NCBI GenBank assembly: GCA_027311865.1
Contig: DAICYC010000001.1
Span: 33,880-97,879, forward strand
DNA from: Candidatus Saccharimonadota bacterium
GTDB taxonomy: Bacteria > Patescibacteriota > Saccharimonadia > Saccharimonadales > Saccharimonadaceae
Length of the DNA stretch: 64,000 bases
Direction: 5' to 3'
The translations under genes were made by a program, and so were the position numbers. Numbering within the stretch: the first letter of the stretch is position 1; every line of letters starts with the position of its first letter. The notes under the pieces are model-generated. The model ran no database searches, was not told where the DNA came from, and saw nothing but the letters and a program-made list of their open reading frames with translations. Of the stretch, positions 21,144 through 31,920 are shown piece after piece.

Positions 21144-22355
21144 ATGCCTTATACTTATCGATCTGGTCGACCAGGTGCTTCACGCCGTCCGACCAAAAAT
21201 CGTCGTGCCCCACAAAACTCACGTAAACGGGGTTACATCGACCCGGCTCGCTTTATCGCGGCCGCCAAAAACACCGCAACTTCAGTTGCTTACGAACCGA
21301 AACATCAATTCAGCGATTTTGATGTCAATCCTTTGATTGCTGCCAATTTACAGGCCAAAGGCTACACCACACCATCACCAATTCAGGATCAAGCCATCCC
21401 TCACGGACTGGCCGGCCGGGACGTTCTCGGACTAGCTAGTACCGGCACCGGCAAAACTGCCGCTTTCGCCGTGCCTGTCTTGAATAAAATGATGGCCGAC
21501 CCTGATAGTTCAGCCATAATCATCGCGCCAACCCGCGAACTAGCTGAGCAGATTGAAGCTGAGTTTCGCAGTATCGGCAAAGGTAGCCGCCTCATGGGTG
21601 CTCTCTTAATCGGTGGTAGCTCAATGCGTACCCAGCTACTTGATCTCAAAGCCGGTGCTCGTATCATCATTGGTACACCAGGTCGAATCAAAGACCACCT
21701 CGAACGAGGCACCTTGAAACTCGACAACTTCTCAATTGCGGTTCTCGACGAGGTTGATCGCATGCTTGACATGGGTTTTATCGGTGACATTCGCCATATT
21801 CTTAGCCACATGCCAAACGATCGCCAATCATTCTTCTTTTCGGCAACCATCACACCAGCCATTCGAACACTCATCGACGGCTTTACCGACGATCCTGTTA
21901 CCGTAAAGATCGAATCATCACGAGCCTCGGAAAATGTCCACCAGGACGTTATTCGCTACAACGACCGGTCGGACAAGTTCGCCAAACTCAAAGAAGTCCT
22001 GGCGCACGAATCAGTTAGCAAAGCCATCATTTTCGATGAAACTCAACGTGGCGTCGAACGCCTCTACAAGTCGCTCGAAGAACACGGCTTCGCCGTTGAT
22101 TCAATGCATGGCGGCAAATCACAAGGTCAGCGCCAACGAGCCTTGCGTAAATTCAAGCAATCAGAAGTTAACTTCTTGGTCGCTACCGATGTAGCGGCTC
22201 GTGGTATCGACGTTGCCGACATCACGCACGTCATTAACTACTCGACACCCGAAGTCTACGACGACTATATTCACCGCATCGGTCGAGCTGGTCGAGCTGG
22301 CAAAACCGGCTACTCGTTCACCTTCGTTGAATCCCGCGGCACCGCTCACTTTTAG
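21144..22355 (+). CDS. DEAD-box RNA helicase
   Basis: Q motif, TGTGKT, PTRELA, DEVD, SAT, HRIGRAGR. Confidence 0.96.
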   Translation: MPYTYRSGRPGASRRPTKNRRAPQNSRKRGYIDPARFIAAAKNTATSVAYEPKHQFSDFDVNPLIAANLQAKGYTTPSPIQDQAIPHGLAGRDVLGLASTGTGKTAAFAVPVLNKMMADPDSSAIIIAPTRELAEQIEAEFRSIGKGSRLMGALLIGGSSMRTQLLDLKAGARIIIGTPGRIKDHLERGTLKLDNFSIAVLDEVDRMLDMGFIGDIRHILSHMPNDRQSFFFSATITPAIRTLIDGFTDDPVTVKIESSRASENVHQDVIRYNDRSDKFAKLKEVLAHESVSKAIIFDETQRGVERLYKSLEEHGFAVDSMHGGKSQGQRQRALRKFKQSEVNFLVATDVAARGIDVADITHVINYSTPEVYDDYIHRIGRAGRAGKTGYSFTFVESRGTAHF

Positions 22356-22768
22356 TGAGCGTGTTCAGCGGCGTCAGCTTCTTCCTTGGTGACATGAACC
22401 GTACCATGATCGTGCTCGGGCGGACTATAAATTGAATAAACCTTGAGTGGTTCTTCGCCGCTGTTGACGAGGTTATGCCACGTGCCGGCCGGTACTAACA
22501 CAACGTCATCATCCGATGCCGTCCACTCTTCGAGTTCATCACGTGACGGTCCCATATAAACTGTTGCCTGGCCGGCCTCAATCCGCAGAAACTGGTCATG
22601 ATCATCGTGAACCTCGAGTCCAATATCATGCCCTGGCAAGATGCTCATCACCGTCAACTGCATATACTGACCGGTCCACAAAGTTGTCCGGTAGTTTGGG
22701 TTGTTAATAGTGGCACCCTCAATATTAAAGACACTTGGCGCTGGCCCCTTATCGATACTATCGTTCAT
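22352..22768 (-). CDS. Cupin domain protein
   Basis: IGLEVHDDHDQFLRIE, VPAGTWHN, YSPPEH. Confidence 0.9.
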   Translation of the reverse strand: MNDSIDKGPAPSVFNIEGATINNPNYRTTLWTGQYMQLTVMSILPGHDIGLEVHDDHDQFLRIEAGQATVYMGPSRDELEEWTASDDDVVLVPAGTWHNLVNSGEEPLKVYSIYSPPEHDHGTVHVTKEEADAAEHAH

Positions 22769-22779
22769 AGATTCTCCTT

Positions 22780-23100
22780 TTACGATCCTAACCGATTGAC
22801 TAGTAACACTACTAATACTACCGCTATCACATTAAGAATAAATGAAATTACCACTAACCGCCTCGTCCAACCACCAGACTGTCGGTACGCGACATAGCCC
22901 GCCACCAATGAGGCCAGCGTCGTAACGGGAGCCACAAAGATTAACATCAAGAACAAGCCAATCGATTGAATCAGATAGTCGCCAAAATCATATTGCGGCG
23001 TATCAACACTGAACTTAACTGTCAACAACAACGTTGTAATAATTATCAAAGAGGGGAGGGCCAAACATAGACTAGCCCACGCTAAACGGTATTTGGTCAT
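22780..23100 (-). CDS. Small three-TM membrane protein
   Basis: Start MTKY after GAGG; three hydrophobic segments. Confidence 0.6.
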   Translation of the reverse strand: MTKYRLAWASLCLALPSLIIITTLLLTVKFSVDTPQYDFGDYLIQSIGLFLMLIFVAPVTTLASLVAGYVAYRQSGGWTRRLVVISFILNVIAVVLVVLLVNRLGS

Positions 23101-23102
23101 AC

Positions 23103-23549
23103 CTAACTCGCCTCTTCGGAGGTTATGCGGCGGTGGTGACCGCCAAACAAAAAGTTGACCCATTGCTCAAAGTTGCTTGGCTCAACGACACCCGACAAAC
23201 CGCTCCGCGTCTGAGAATCTTCATCTGCCGACGAGGGCGGCAAAATTAACACATGCTCACCAGGCTGGACCAGACCGAGCGCCTCCCGGGCCTTCAACTC
23301 CTGGTATTCGGCTGTCTGGTAATAGCGTCGCTCAAGCGACAGATTATCACGCTGTAGCGTCGCCAGCTCCAGCTGACGCTGTTTCAAATCAATCTCCCGC
23401 TGACGGGCGTAATTGGCCTGCATCGTCTCCAGAGAGCCCCAAATAAAGCTCAAGGCTATGAATAGACCAATCAGCAGCACTAAGTTCTGTGAATTCCAGA
23501 AACGATGCTTGAAATGGCGCAGTTGAGTTGAGATATCTTTATATTTCAT
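23103..23549 (-). CDS. Septum formation initiator-like (FtsB/DivIC) protein
   Basis: TM + coiled coil + ELKAREALGLVQPGE motif. Confidence 0.75.
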   Translation of the reverse strand: MKYKDISTQLRHFKHRFWNSQNLVLLIGLFIALSFIWGSLETMQANYARQREIDLKQRQLELATLQRDNLSLERRYYQTAEYQELKAREALGLVQPGEHVLILPPSSADEDSQTRSGLSGVVEPSNFEQWVNFLFGGHHRRITSEEAS

Positions 23550-23642
23550 AATGGCTACCTAGCCGCTTAAGCTAATTATAGCGCAGACCGAGGTGAAAGA
23601 CGAGCTTCTCCCCTCCTCGGTCGTGGTATAATGTCTAAGCAC

Positions 23643-23718
23643 GGGGCTGTAGCTCATCGGTTAGAGCAGGCGGCTCATAACCACTTGGTAGATGGTTCGA
23701 TTCCATCCAGCCCCACCA
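23643..23718 (+). tRNA. tRNA-Ile2 (CAU, lysidine-type) probable
   Basis: GGGGCTG/CAGCCCC acceptor stem, CTCATAA loop, CCA; third CAU tRNA, identity partly by elimination. Confidence 0.8.
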
Positions 23719-23770
23719 ATAAAAAATAACCCGACGAATGCGGGTTGTTTTTTATTTAGTCGACCGGTCG

Positions 23771-24277
23771 CTAGAAATTGTATTTGCCTTTTTTTCGTTT
23801 CTCAATGCCTTTTTGACGATAAGCTTCCAGATAGGCAATTTCCTTGTCTTTCTCAGATTCGGACAGATTATTGTCGGCCAGTATCTTCTCTCTTTGCGCT
23901 TGATAGAGTTCCAGGCGAGCCTTTTCGGCGCCAGTGCGATTAATCTGATCGTACTCGCGTCGATTCAGCACAGCAATCTTAGGTTCCGGCGAAACAATCC
24001 CATCGGCCGCTAAACACGCCTCGGCCATCCGGTAGCTGATTCCACGTTTGTCGGCATACTCCTCTAGCTTGGTATTAAAAGCGTCGAGCTCACGTTCGAG
24101 CTTTGCGCGCTCTTCCTCAGCTGACTGATTGTCGACGAGACTCGAGTTTGGCGAGACGGGGGTTGAGTTGTCGTAGACATCTTCAGTGGCTTGATCCGCC
24201 TCAAACAGCGGCTCTTGATAAGATTCCCTAATAGCGTTGTCGTTTTGGCTCCGATTGTCGCTTGGAAATTGTTCCAT
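23771..24277 (-). CDS. Hypothetical charged/helical protein
   Basis: Long ORF convergent on the tRNA terminator (about 23721-23755). Confidence 0.6.
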   Translation of the reverse strand: MEQFPSDNRSQNDNAIRESYQEPLFEADQATEDVYDNSTPVSPNSSLVDNQSAEEERAKLERELDAFNTKLEEYADKRGISYRMAEACLAADGIVSPEPKIAVLNRREYDQINRTGAEKARLELYQAQREKILADNNLSESEKDKEIAYLEAYRQKGIEKRKKGKYNF

Positions 24278-24423
24278 AGTGCGGACTATAGCATAATTAC
24301 TTTGAAATGTCAATAATCTCATCTGTTAATTACTAACAAAAAATCACCCCCCATTTGGGAGGGTGACTTTTGGCACCTGTTTGTTTAGCTCTAGTATATG
24401 TCCAAAGAGCTTAACGTTCAAGC

Positions 24424-24630
24424 TTATTTTTTCTTAGATACGGTCAAGAAGCCGTTACGTGGATTTTCCTTAACAACGCGGTCGGCTGGAAGGTCGACTG
24501 GTGTTCCCTTGGCGTTCTTTTCAACTTTCGCGAAAAAGTAGATAGTCTGTGGTTTGCCACCACGAAGAGTAACTTCGGTGCTGTGCAGGTAGTATGTAAC
24601 GCCCTTAGAGTTTGTGTGACTGTAAGCCAT
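24424..24630 (-). CDS. Small basic conserved hypothetical protein (MAYSHTNSKGVTYYLH)
   Basis: Strong GGAGGT SD, own terminator at about 24340-24370. Confidence 0.85.
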   Translation of the reverse strand: MAYSHTNSKGVTYYLHSTEVTLRGGKPQTIYFFAKVEKNAKGTPVDLPADRVVKENPRNGFLTVSKKK

Positions 24631-24701
24631 GGTAAATCTTATACCTCCTATTAGTGCTGTACGGTGTTAGCGTACTACTAGAGGTGTACCCCTGTCAACA
24701 C

Positions 24702-25334
24702 TTAAACCTGCTTATAGTGTCGTTTCAGCAGTAATCGCAGAACGGCTAGGCTAATTAAGCGCCCAACTATCAGTAGTGCGACCAGGGCGGCGACTAGCAC
24801 CGACCAACCGGCAAAATCCGGCGACCAGGTTGGATCGACGTAGCTGTGGATATAGGCTTCTTGGCGTGGTTTGTCGTTACCATCGGTTGGTTCGGTTGCC
24901 GCTGGATATTTAGCTAACTCCGCTGTTGTACACTGTAAATACGCCGATGAATAGCTGCTAAATTGCGGGGCGCAGACCTGCTGGGCCTTGAGATAGATAT
25001 TGCCGTTTGGATTGCTATCACCATACTGCTGCGACTGCCATTGCTGCAGGGCTCGATTATAACTGGCTTCAAGATAAACTCCCCGGCCAAGGTCGGTATT
25101 CATATGCCGCGACACATAACGTTGTAAGTCATACAACCTATTTACTAATGCCTCCTCGTCACCAGCCTCATCAGCCGCAATGACCGCCGCACGACGCTCA
25201 ATCATGCCGATATTATTGATTCTGAGAAATGTCGCCGCCACAAACGAAACCAACAACAACACAATCACCAGCTGCCAAGTCTTGACCTGCTGGAGACTCT
25301 TTATTCGCGCCGAGATTGGATTTGTGTTCGCCAC
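24702..25334 (-). CDS. Conserved two-TM membrane protein
   Basis: N- and C-terminal TM helices around an extracellular domain with a Cys pair. Confidence 0.75.
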   Translation of the reverse strand: MANTNPISARIKSLQQVKTWQLVIVLLLVSFVAATFLRINNIGMIERRAAVIAADEAGDEEALVNRLYDLQRYVSRHMNTDLGRGVYLEASYNRALQQWQSQQYGDSNPNGNIYLKAQQVCAPQFSSYSSAYLQCTTAELAKYPAATEPTDGNDKPRQEAYIHSYVDPTWSPDFAGWSVLVAALVALLIVGRLISLAVLRLLLKRHYKQV

Positions 25335-25381
25335 GATGCGTCGCTCTGCCCCACCTTACTGATTATGCTTATTGTAACATG

Positions 25382-26605
25382 TCAGCGACGATAAATCGGG
25401 AAGCGAGCCGTCAAAATCAGGAGCGCGACAGCCGAAGCAATCATAAACAAGCCATAGAAGCCCGAAACGCCTTCACCTACGACTAACATAATAATCATCA
25501 AAGCCAACGCGGCGGCACCGGCGCCGATGTTAGCGACGGCCTCAACCACACCGATATATAACGTTCGTCGACCAGATAAATCGGCGTTATCAAATACGCC
25601 GCGGTGATGAGCCAAAATGTAACCAGTCTTGGCTAGCTCATTAACCGCGTTAAAGCCAGCCGTCGTAAACGGACTCCATATCATCAAGCGAGCCAGATGG
25701 CTGACCGAATTGGCAACGGCACTGATATGCATCAGCTCACGGCCCTTACGGCGATCAATCAGTTTACCGTAAATATACGACGAAATCAGCGCGGCTAGGA
25801 AAATGACCGACATCAAGATACCGTTAACAAAATAAACTTCATTGTCGCCATTAGCGACGCCGATAATGAATATTGCCGTAAACAACGACCACGCCGTTCC
25901 GGAAACAAACACATCAAAGCCAAAAGCGAACTGGCTCCAGCCCATACTGCGAACGAGGTGCCAAGGAAAACCCTTAAAGGTCAGGCGCTGCCGCGGTTTG
26001 ACCACCTCAGCGGTCCGTAACAGTGGAATCGCCGACAACAGAAACAGTGCGGCGGTCACGATTAAGACTAGTTGTGGCCCAACCCACAGGGCCAAGGCAC
26101 CACCAGCCAGTGGACTCAAACCGGCGGCGATTTTCTCAATCATGTGCATATAGGCCAATTCCTTACCGGCGTGCTGATCGCTCTTGACCTTTGAAAAGTC
26201 GACATTGTAAGCAATACCATATAGAATCGCCGACAAACTCTGAAATATCAGCACAGCCCCTAGCATTGGCTGACCATATTCGGGAACCAGAGCAAAAGCC
26301 ACCATTGACGGGATGAACAAGATATTGGAAATCAGAATCGAATGCTTCGGTCCAATCCAAGCCGACAAGATACTGGCTGGTATTGCCATAGCAATCTTTA
26401 TAAAATAGAAACCAGCCCAAAAGCCCGCAATGAATGCCACACTGTAGCCCTCTTGGTATAGATAGATTGAGATAAAGCTGGCCGCGATATTGAGAGCGAC
26501 CATTCGGAGCAATCGCGACATGTAGAGGTCGCCGATCTCACCAAAGGTAGCATAACGCCAAAAATGGCGGCGCATAAATAAAAGTCTCAGAGCGTTTCGA
26601 AGCAT
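25382..26605 (-). CDS. MFS transporter
   Basis: About 12 TM helices, GKLIDRRKGR motif A-like. Confidence 0.85.
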   Translation of the reverse strand: MLRNALRLLFMRRHFWRYATFGEIGDLYMSRLLRMVALNIAASFISIYLYQEGYSVAFIAGFWAGFYFIKIAMAIPASILSAWIGPKHSILISNILFIPSMVAFALVPEYGQPMLGAVLIFQSLSAILYGIAYNVDFSKVKSDQHAGKELAYMHMIEKIAAGLSPLAGGALALWVGPQLVLIVTAALFLLSAIPLLRTAEVVKPRQRLTFKGFPWHLVRSMGWSQFAFGFDVFVSGTAWSLFTAIFIIGVANGDNEVYFVNGILMSVIFLAALISSYIYGKLIDRRKGRELMHISAVANSVSHLARLMIWSPFTTAGFNAVNELAKTGYILAHHRGVFDNADLSGRRTLYIGVVEAVANIGAGAAALALMIIMLVVGEGVSGFYGLFMIASAVALLILTARFPIYRR

Positions 26606-26685
26606 ATGTTTGTGTTGGAACCTTTAATTCCATTACACCACGGATCAGTCTCTTGAGCAAGCTTGGCCGGTGTTATACTGATTGT

Positions 26686-27951
26686 ATGAACATCTTCTTT
26701 TCTGGGATTGGCGGCGTCGGTATCGGTCCACTCGCCGAAATCGCGCACGACATGGGCCATCAAGTCGCCGGCTCCGACATGTACGATAGCTTAACGACGG
26801 CCGAGCTTCGACGGGTCGGTATCGACGTTCATATCGGCCAAGATGGCTCTTTTCTCGAGGATTCCCACAATCACACCAACATCGACTGGTACGTCTATAC
26901 CGCAGCCCTACCGGCCGATCACCCGGAATTGACCAAGGCCCGTCAGCTAGGTATCCACACCGCTAAACGCGATGAACTTCTAGCTCATCTGATTAAAGAA
27001 AAAGACCTCAAACTAATTGCCATATCGGGCACCCATGGCAAAACAACCACGACCGGCATGGCCGTCTGGACACTCCAGCAGCTCGGCGTTCCGGTCAGCT
27101 ATTCGGTCGGATCAACTCTCTCTTTCGGACCGAGCGGGCATTACGATACCGATAGTGAATATTTCGTCTATGAATGTGATGAATTCGATCGCAATTTTCT
27201 CCACTTTCAGCCACACTTGTCGCTGCTAACGGCCGTTGACTACGATCATCCCGACACCTACCCGACCGAAGAGTCTTATATCGAAGCGTTTCAAACTTTT
27301 ATCAATCAATCGGCTGATACTATTTTATGGCGACGTGATGCCGATTATCTGTCAGTTGACGATCATTCCGGTATCCAAATCCTGGACGAGAGCTACACGT
27401 ATAATTTTGACTTGCCTGGTGACCACAATCGACGCAACGCCACCTTGGTTCTCGAAGCCTGTCGCCAGCTCGGCCTAGCCAGTGATAATCGAATCATCGA
27501 TTCACTCAACAATTTTCCTGGCACCGACCGTCGGTTTCAAAAACTGGCCGACAACCTCTTCAGTGACTACGGACATCACCCAAAAGAAATCGTCGCCACC
27601 CTACAGCTGGCCCGTGAAGTCGCCAACAAGATTGCGCTAGTCTATCAACCTCATCAAAATATCCGCCAACACGAACTACTCGGTCAGTACAAGGATGAGT
27701 TTAACCAAGCCGATGTCGTCTATTGGCTACCAACCTATCTTTCCCGCGAAAATCCTGATCTTGAGATTCTATCACCCGAACAGCTAATCGCGAGTATTCC
27801 TCAGCGTGATCATATTAAAATTGCTGACCTCGATAATGACTTGTGGGCCGAGATTCAGAAATTGCGCCAACGAGATTATCTAGTCTTGTGTATGGGCGCC
27901 GGGACTATCGACGGCTGGGTTCGACAAAAATTAGCCGAGCCTACTGCGTAA
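26686..27951 (+). CDS. murC: UDP-N-acetylmuramate--L-alanine ligase
   Basis: GIGGVG, GTHGKTTT, ECDEFD, DYGHHP, YQPHQ, MGAG. Confidence 0.9.
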   Translation: MNIFFSGIGGVGIGPLAEIAHDMGHQVAGSDMYDSLTTAELRRVGIDVHIGQDGSFLEDSHNHTNIDWYVYTAALPADHPELTKARQLGIHTAKRDELLAHLIKEKDLKLIAISGTHGKTTTTGMAVWTLQQLGVPVSYSVGSTLSFGPSGHYDTDSEYFVYECDEFDRNFLHFQPHLSLLTAVDYDHPDTYPTEESYIEAFQTFINQSADTILWRRDADYLSVDDHSGIQILDESYTYNFDLPGDHNRRNATLVLEACRQLGLASDNRIIDSLNNFPGTDRRFQKLADNLFSDYGHHPKEIVATLQLAREVANKIALVYQPHQNIRQHELLGQYKDEFNQADVVYWLPTYLSRENPDLEILSPEQLIASIPQRDHIKIADLDNDLWAEIQKLRQRDYLVLCMGAGTIDGWVRQKLAEPTA

Positions 27952-28348
27952 CAGCTGGTTCAGATACTGTAAATTCTAGGACTTCTGGATGTAATGGGTC
28001 GCCGCTAAAGGCATCAACGGCCTTGGCCTTGGCAGCTTGTTCGTCATAAAGCTCAATAAAGGAGTCGACAACCTCCAGATTCATCGTACCGCTGGAGCTA
28101 AAGCTCTCTATCGAGTCTCGTCTAACAACTTGGTTGCTGACCGACTGGTAACCAGGTCGACTCAGATCAAGCTGAACTGAGCCGCTAGTGGAATATATGA
28201 CCATGCTAACAATGACCAAGATTAAAGAGATGAAAATAGCTCCGCTAATTAGTAAGAAAAAGCGGTGTTTAACCCAAAACGAACCTTGGCGACGGACTTG
28301 ATCCATCGTCACGGCAAGCGCCGTACTATGCGAGAAATCAACGGCCAT
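27941..28348 (-). CDS. Conserved hypothetical single-TM protein
   Basis: TM followed by QLDLSRPGY. Confidence 0.7.
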   Translation of the reverse strand: MAVDFSHSTALAVTMDQVRRQGSFWVKHRFFLLISGAIFISLILVIVSMVIYSTSGSVQLDLSRPGYQSVSNQVVRRDSIESFSSSGTMNLEVVDSFIELYDEQAAKAKAVDAFSGDPLHPEVLEFTVSEPAVTQ

Positions 28349-28898
28349 CAGACCCCTCCTCCAATTTGTTCAGTAGCTGCTTAATTTGAACAACTTCTCC
28401 CCGATAATCATCAATGTGAGCGTGCAGCATTTTAATATCGTCGCGAACCAAACCTCGCTTGTCTCGTGCCAACATAACCGACTGATGAAATTCATCTGGT
28501 TTGGTCGTGCAATCGATTTTGATGGCCTCATCTAATTGTCTCGCGTAAGCATCGTAATGCGTCCGGAAGTAACCAAGGCGAGTATCATAACTATTTGACA
28601 TTGCCAGCAAGCCGCTCGTATCAAAGTCATTGCTCGAGGCTCGATAATTGAATCGTTCCATCAGCTTCCCACTAATCGATTCATAAATTTGACCGCGATT
28701 GACACGCAACAAAGCATCACTGGCGCGAAGTTGATTGAGCGAGGTCTTGATCGAATAACAATTACTCACCACTTTTGAGTGCTGCTCAGGTGTTAACTCA
28801 GGCGTTAATCGATCGAGGGCACCAGCTTGCGACACGGTCAAAATTAGCGTCAAACTGACGGCCATCGCTACCAATACCAGTCGCGAAAACTTATTCAT
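28338..28898 (-). CDS. Secreted helical protein
   Basis: Signal peptide, Cys pair, DALLRVNRGQ. Confidence 0.7.
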   Translation of the reverse strand: MNKFSRLVLVAMAVSLTLILTVSQAGALDRLTPELTPEQHSKVVSNCYSIKTSLNQLRASDALLRVNRGQIYESISGKLMERFNYRASSNDFDTSGLLAMSNSYDTRLGYFRTHYDAYARQLDEAIKIDCTTKPDEFHQSVMLARDKRGLVRDDIKMLHAHIDDYRGEVVQIKQLLNKLEEGSDGR

Positions 28899-28936
28899 TA
28901 GATACTATTATACTCTAATTATCAAAGTCTCATGGC

Positions 28937-29464
28937 CTAGAAAACCTGATTGGCTTCCAATAAGCTGCGAAACTCTTGTAGTTGTGGCAGTAGTTGCGAG
29001 GCGTCGCCGCCGACATACAAATTGAACATATAACTCGTTGCCATCAATAAAACTAATCCCACGAGAACCGCCAGCAAAATACTACCCAAAGTTACCCCCA
29101 GAATGACCCGACGGCTGAACTTCTGATAACGTTCAGTCTGAATCAATGGCCGACCTTCCTTATCAAGCGTCTCGCCTTTCATAATTGAAGCCAAGTCGAG
29201 TAATGACCAAAGCCCGAGGCCTCCAACCGTAATCAACTTTAGAAAGCCAGTGCCATATTTTCCCAAATAAAAGCGGTCGACCCCAAAAGCTCCCCACAGA
29301 AAACTCAAAAAGAACGCCGCCAGATAATGTCGACCCGGCGCCGGAACACCCTCGATTGCCGGCTGAGGTGCCGGTTCGACACCCGGCTGCACCGGAGCAG
29401 CTGGTTGATTGACTTGTGGTTCGGGTTGATAATTTGGTACTGGGGTGTTTGTTTGATTGTCCAT
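28937..29464 (-). CDS. TM2 domain membrane protein
   Basis: LSFLWGAFGVDRFYLG...GGLGLWSLLD. Confidence 0.9.
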   Translation of the reverse strand: MDNQTNTPVPNYQPEPQVNQPAAPVQPGVEPAPQPAIEGVPAPGRHYLAAFFLSFLWGAFGVDRFYLGKYGTGFLKLITVGGLGLWSLLDLASIMKGETLDKEGRPLIQTERYQKFSRRVILGVTLGSILLAVLVGLVLLMATSYMFNLYVGGDASQLLPQLQEFRSLLEANQVF

Positions 29465-29471
29465 ATAGTCC

Positions 29472-30785
29472 TTACGGTGTTAATCGATTGATGTCGCGCG
29501 GAAACAAAGTTGCCTCTTTAACATTCGACAAGCCAACAATCTTCTGCGTCAGCCTCTCTAGACCCATGCCGAAGCCACCGTGCGTTGGCAAGCCGTACTT
29601 AAAGGCCTGCAGGTAATAGCGGAAACCGTCAGCCTCCGGGTCGCCGCCGGCAATTGTTTTCAGCTGTTCAACCAGTTGATCGTAGCGGTTTTCGCGCATA
29701 CTAATCGTCGCAATTTCAACACCACGGAAAATCAAGTCCGCCCGCTCGGCAAATTCTGGCTTATCAGTCGATTTACGATGATAAAATTTCATTTCACTAG
29801 CTGGCCAATCCACCACAAAGACCGCTTCGCTGCCATATTTTTCCAAAGTATACTCACTTATCCAGCGTTCCTCATCCGGTCGCAAGTCTTTTTCGCCGCG
29901 CGTGTCATCAGTGTTAGCCTGACTGTACAATTCGTGTACTTCCTCTAGGGACAGTTGTGGAATTGCGCCTGACAGCACGATTGGTTTGGCTTTTAATAAC
30001 TCCAATTCGGTTCGTCGAGTTTGCCAAATCGCATCCGCTACTGAATGCATAAAGCCATCAACCATTTCTAGTAGCCCCTGAAAGTCCGTGAAACCCATCT
30101 CGGCATCGATATGCATAAACTCGGTCATATGACGGGTTGTTGCTGACGGTTCAGCACGATAAGTTGGATTGATCTCGAAAGCTCGCTCAAACGCTCCAAC
30201 CATAATTTGCTTGTAGAATTGAGCGCTTTGCGCCAGAGTTGCTTCTTTGCCGAAATAGTCGAGCGTAAAGACTTCAGCGCCACCTTCTGTAGCCGCTGGC
30301 AGAAGTTTCGGTGAGTTAAATTCCGTGAAATCGTTGGCGAAGAAATACTGACGAGCGGCTTCTTTGACTCCAGCTTGGACGCGAAAAATGGCTGTTTCCT
30401 GAATATTTCTCAGGCTGATTACTCGATGCTCAAAAAGGGTGTCAAGGTTCTCCGATTTGTGATCAATCGGTTTGTCGATTTCAATCGGTGATTCATCCGT
30501 TACTGGTACCATCACCTCGATTGTCACGTCATGAAGCTCAGCACCGCCCGGTGCACGCTCGTCCGCTACTACCGACCCCGACAATTGCAGAACCGTGCCT
30601 ATCTGGAGACCGCGTAGTTTCTCAATTTCGTCTTTGTTATCAACTTTGGCCTGCGACAAGCCGCTTCGATCGCGAATCGTTAAGAAGTTTAGGCCACCCA
30701 GTAAACGTTTTTTGTGTAACCAGCCCTGGACAGTTATGACTGTGCCGACATGACTAGAAATATCTCGATTTAGTATTCGTTCCAT
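29472..30785 (-). CDS. aspS: Aspartate--tRNA(Asp/Asn) ligase, short archaeal-type non-discriminating form
   Basis: OB fold, LAQSAQFYKQ, YRAE...RHMTEF, HGGFGMGLERL, FPRD; about 437 aa without the bacterial GAD insertion. Confidence 0.9.
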   Translation of the reverse strand: MERILNRDISSHVGTVITVQGWLHKKRLLGGLNFLTIRDRSGLSQAKVDNKDEIEKLRGLQIGTVLQLSGSVVADERAPGGAELHDVTIEVMVPVTDESPIEIDKPIDHKSENLDTLFEHRVISLRNIQETAIFRVQAGVKEAARQYFFANDFTEFNSPKLLPAATEGGAEVFTLDYFGKEATLAQSAQFYKQIMVGAFERAFEINPTYRAEPSATTRHMTEFMHIDAEMGFTDFQGLLEMVDGFMHSVADAIWQTRRTELELLKAKPIVLSGAIPQLSLEEVHELYSQANTDDTRGEKDLRPDEERWISEYTLEKYGSEAVFVVDWPASEMKFYHRKSTDKPEFAERADLIFRGVEIATISMRENRYDQLVEQLKTIAGGDPEADGFRYYLQAFKYGLPTHGGFGMGLERLTQKIVGLSNVKEATLFPRDINRLTP

Positions 30786-30818
30786 TCTTGACACTATAGC
30801 ACTCCTACCTCCGATAGA

Positions 30819-31838
30819 CTAGAGGTCAATCTGGTGAGCTGGCCGATTGTTATCACGACTTCGACTCGCGGCAACTGCCTTGGAGTCAGTATGAATATCG
30901 TCTTCGTCAACAATCTTCCGGCCAATTAGCGTTTCGATAACATCCTCCAGACTAAGCAAGCCAACCGTTTCACGATTTTCATTAATCACCACAAAAAGGT
31001 GGTGTCTAGTTCTGAGAAAAGCTGCCAAGGCGTGACTGAGTGTGTCATCTTCGTGAATATAATAAACCGTCGACTCCATCGCCTGCTCGACGCTAAGTGA
31101 CTGCTTGTCCGATAAAGTAAGTAACGACCTGAGGTGTAGCATACCAACGATATGGTCGATATCTCCATCAATAACCGGCAGCCGACTATGTCCGAGACTG
31201 TGAAGCTCATTTAATACTAACGGACCAAGAAACTCATCTTTGGCGATTGAGTCAATTGCCGCACGTGGTGTCATAATTTCGTGAACCAATTTATCTTTGA
31301 AATTCAAGCCATGCGTCAAAAACTTCCGCTCGGTGCTATCAAGGATTGTGCCAGATTGGTTAATCAAGTGAACCAATTCTTCGCGCGAATCAAATCGTCG
31401 ATAGATGTCGCTGTCGATAACCGACTCGACCTGGAGGGTTTTTAAAAGCGGTCGCAGCTGTTTGATGATTTTAATCAGTTGCGGTTGACTAGCTTGATAT
31501 AAGCGGTTGGCCAGTTGTTTGAATAATGCGGCGCGACTAATAGACCCAAATGATAGAGCAACCAGAACGGCATAGGTCACCCCACCCGGCCAGTCAAACA
31601 CACTGACCGCCAACAGGCTAACACCAACCAGCAGCAAAACTGTCACCAGCCACAACAGTGTCGACAGCTCACTCAGGTGGGCTTCTTTTTCGAGAACTAA
31701 ACTCGCCCGATTATCAGACTGGCGGGCTCGGCGATGAAGCTCGAATTGACTAATCTCACTGGGCCGAAGTTTGATTGACGCCACCACCACCAACATCAAA
31801 GTTAACAAGCCAAGCAGGACTGTTAGAAAAATTACCAT
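30819..31838 (-). CDS. CNNM/hemolysin-like CBS domain membrane protein
   Basis: N-terminal TMs, IMTPR, HSRLPV, GLLSLEDVIE. Confidence 0.88.
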   Translation of the reverse strand: MVIFLTVLLGLLTLMLVVVASIKLRPSEISQFELHRRARQSDNRASLVLEKEAHLSELSTLLWLVTVLLLVGVSLLAVSVFDWPGGVTYAVLVALSFGSISRAALFKQLANRLYQASQPQLIKIIKQLRPLLKTLQVESVIDSDIYRRFDSREELVHLINQSGTILDSTERKFLTHGLNFKDKLVHEIMTPRAAIDSIAKDEFLGPLVLNELHSLGHSRLPVIDGDIDHIVGMLHLRSLLTLSDKQSLSVEQAMESTVYYIHEDDTLSHALAAFLRTRHHLFVVINENRETVGLLSLEDVIETLIGRKIVDEDDIHTDSKAVAASRSRDNNRPAHQIDL

Positions 31839-31920
31839 AGTGCTATTGTACGCTATCGAATAAAATCACTTAAGCACTATCTGATATACTTATACTTAAC
31901 AATATTATGTGGAGGATTTC

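Noticed and set aside
23700..24330. Element integrated at the tRNA 3' end
   Set aside because: No duplicated tRNA 3' end or integrase found nearby
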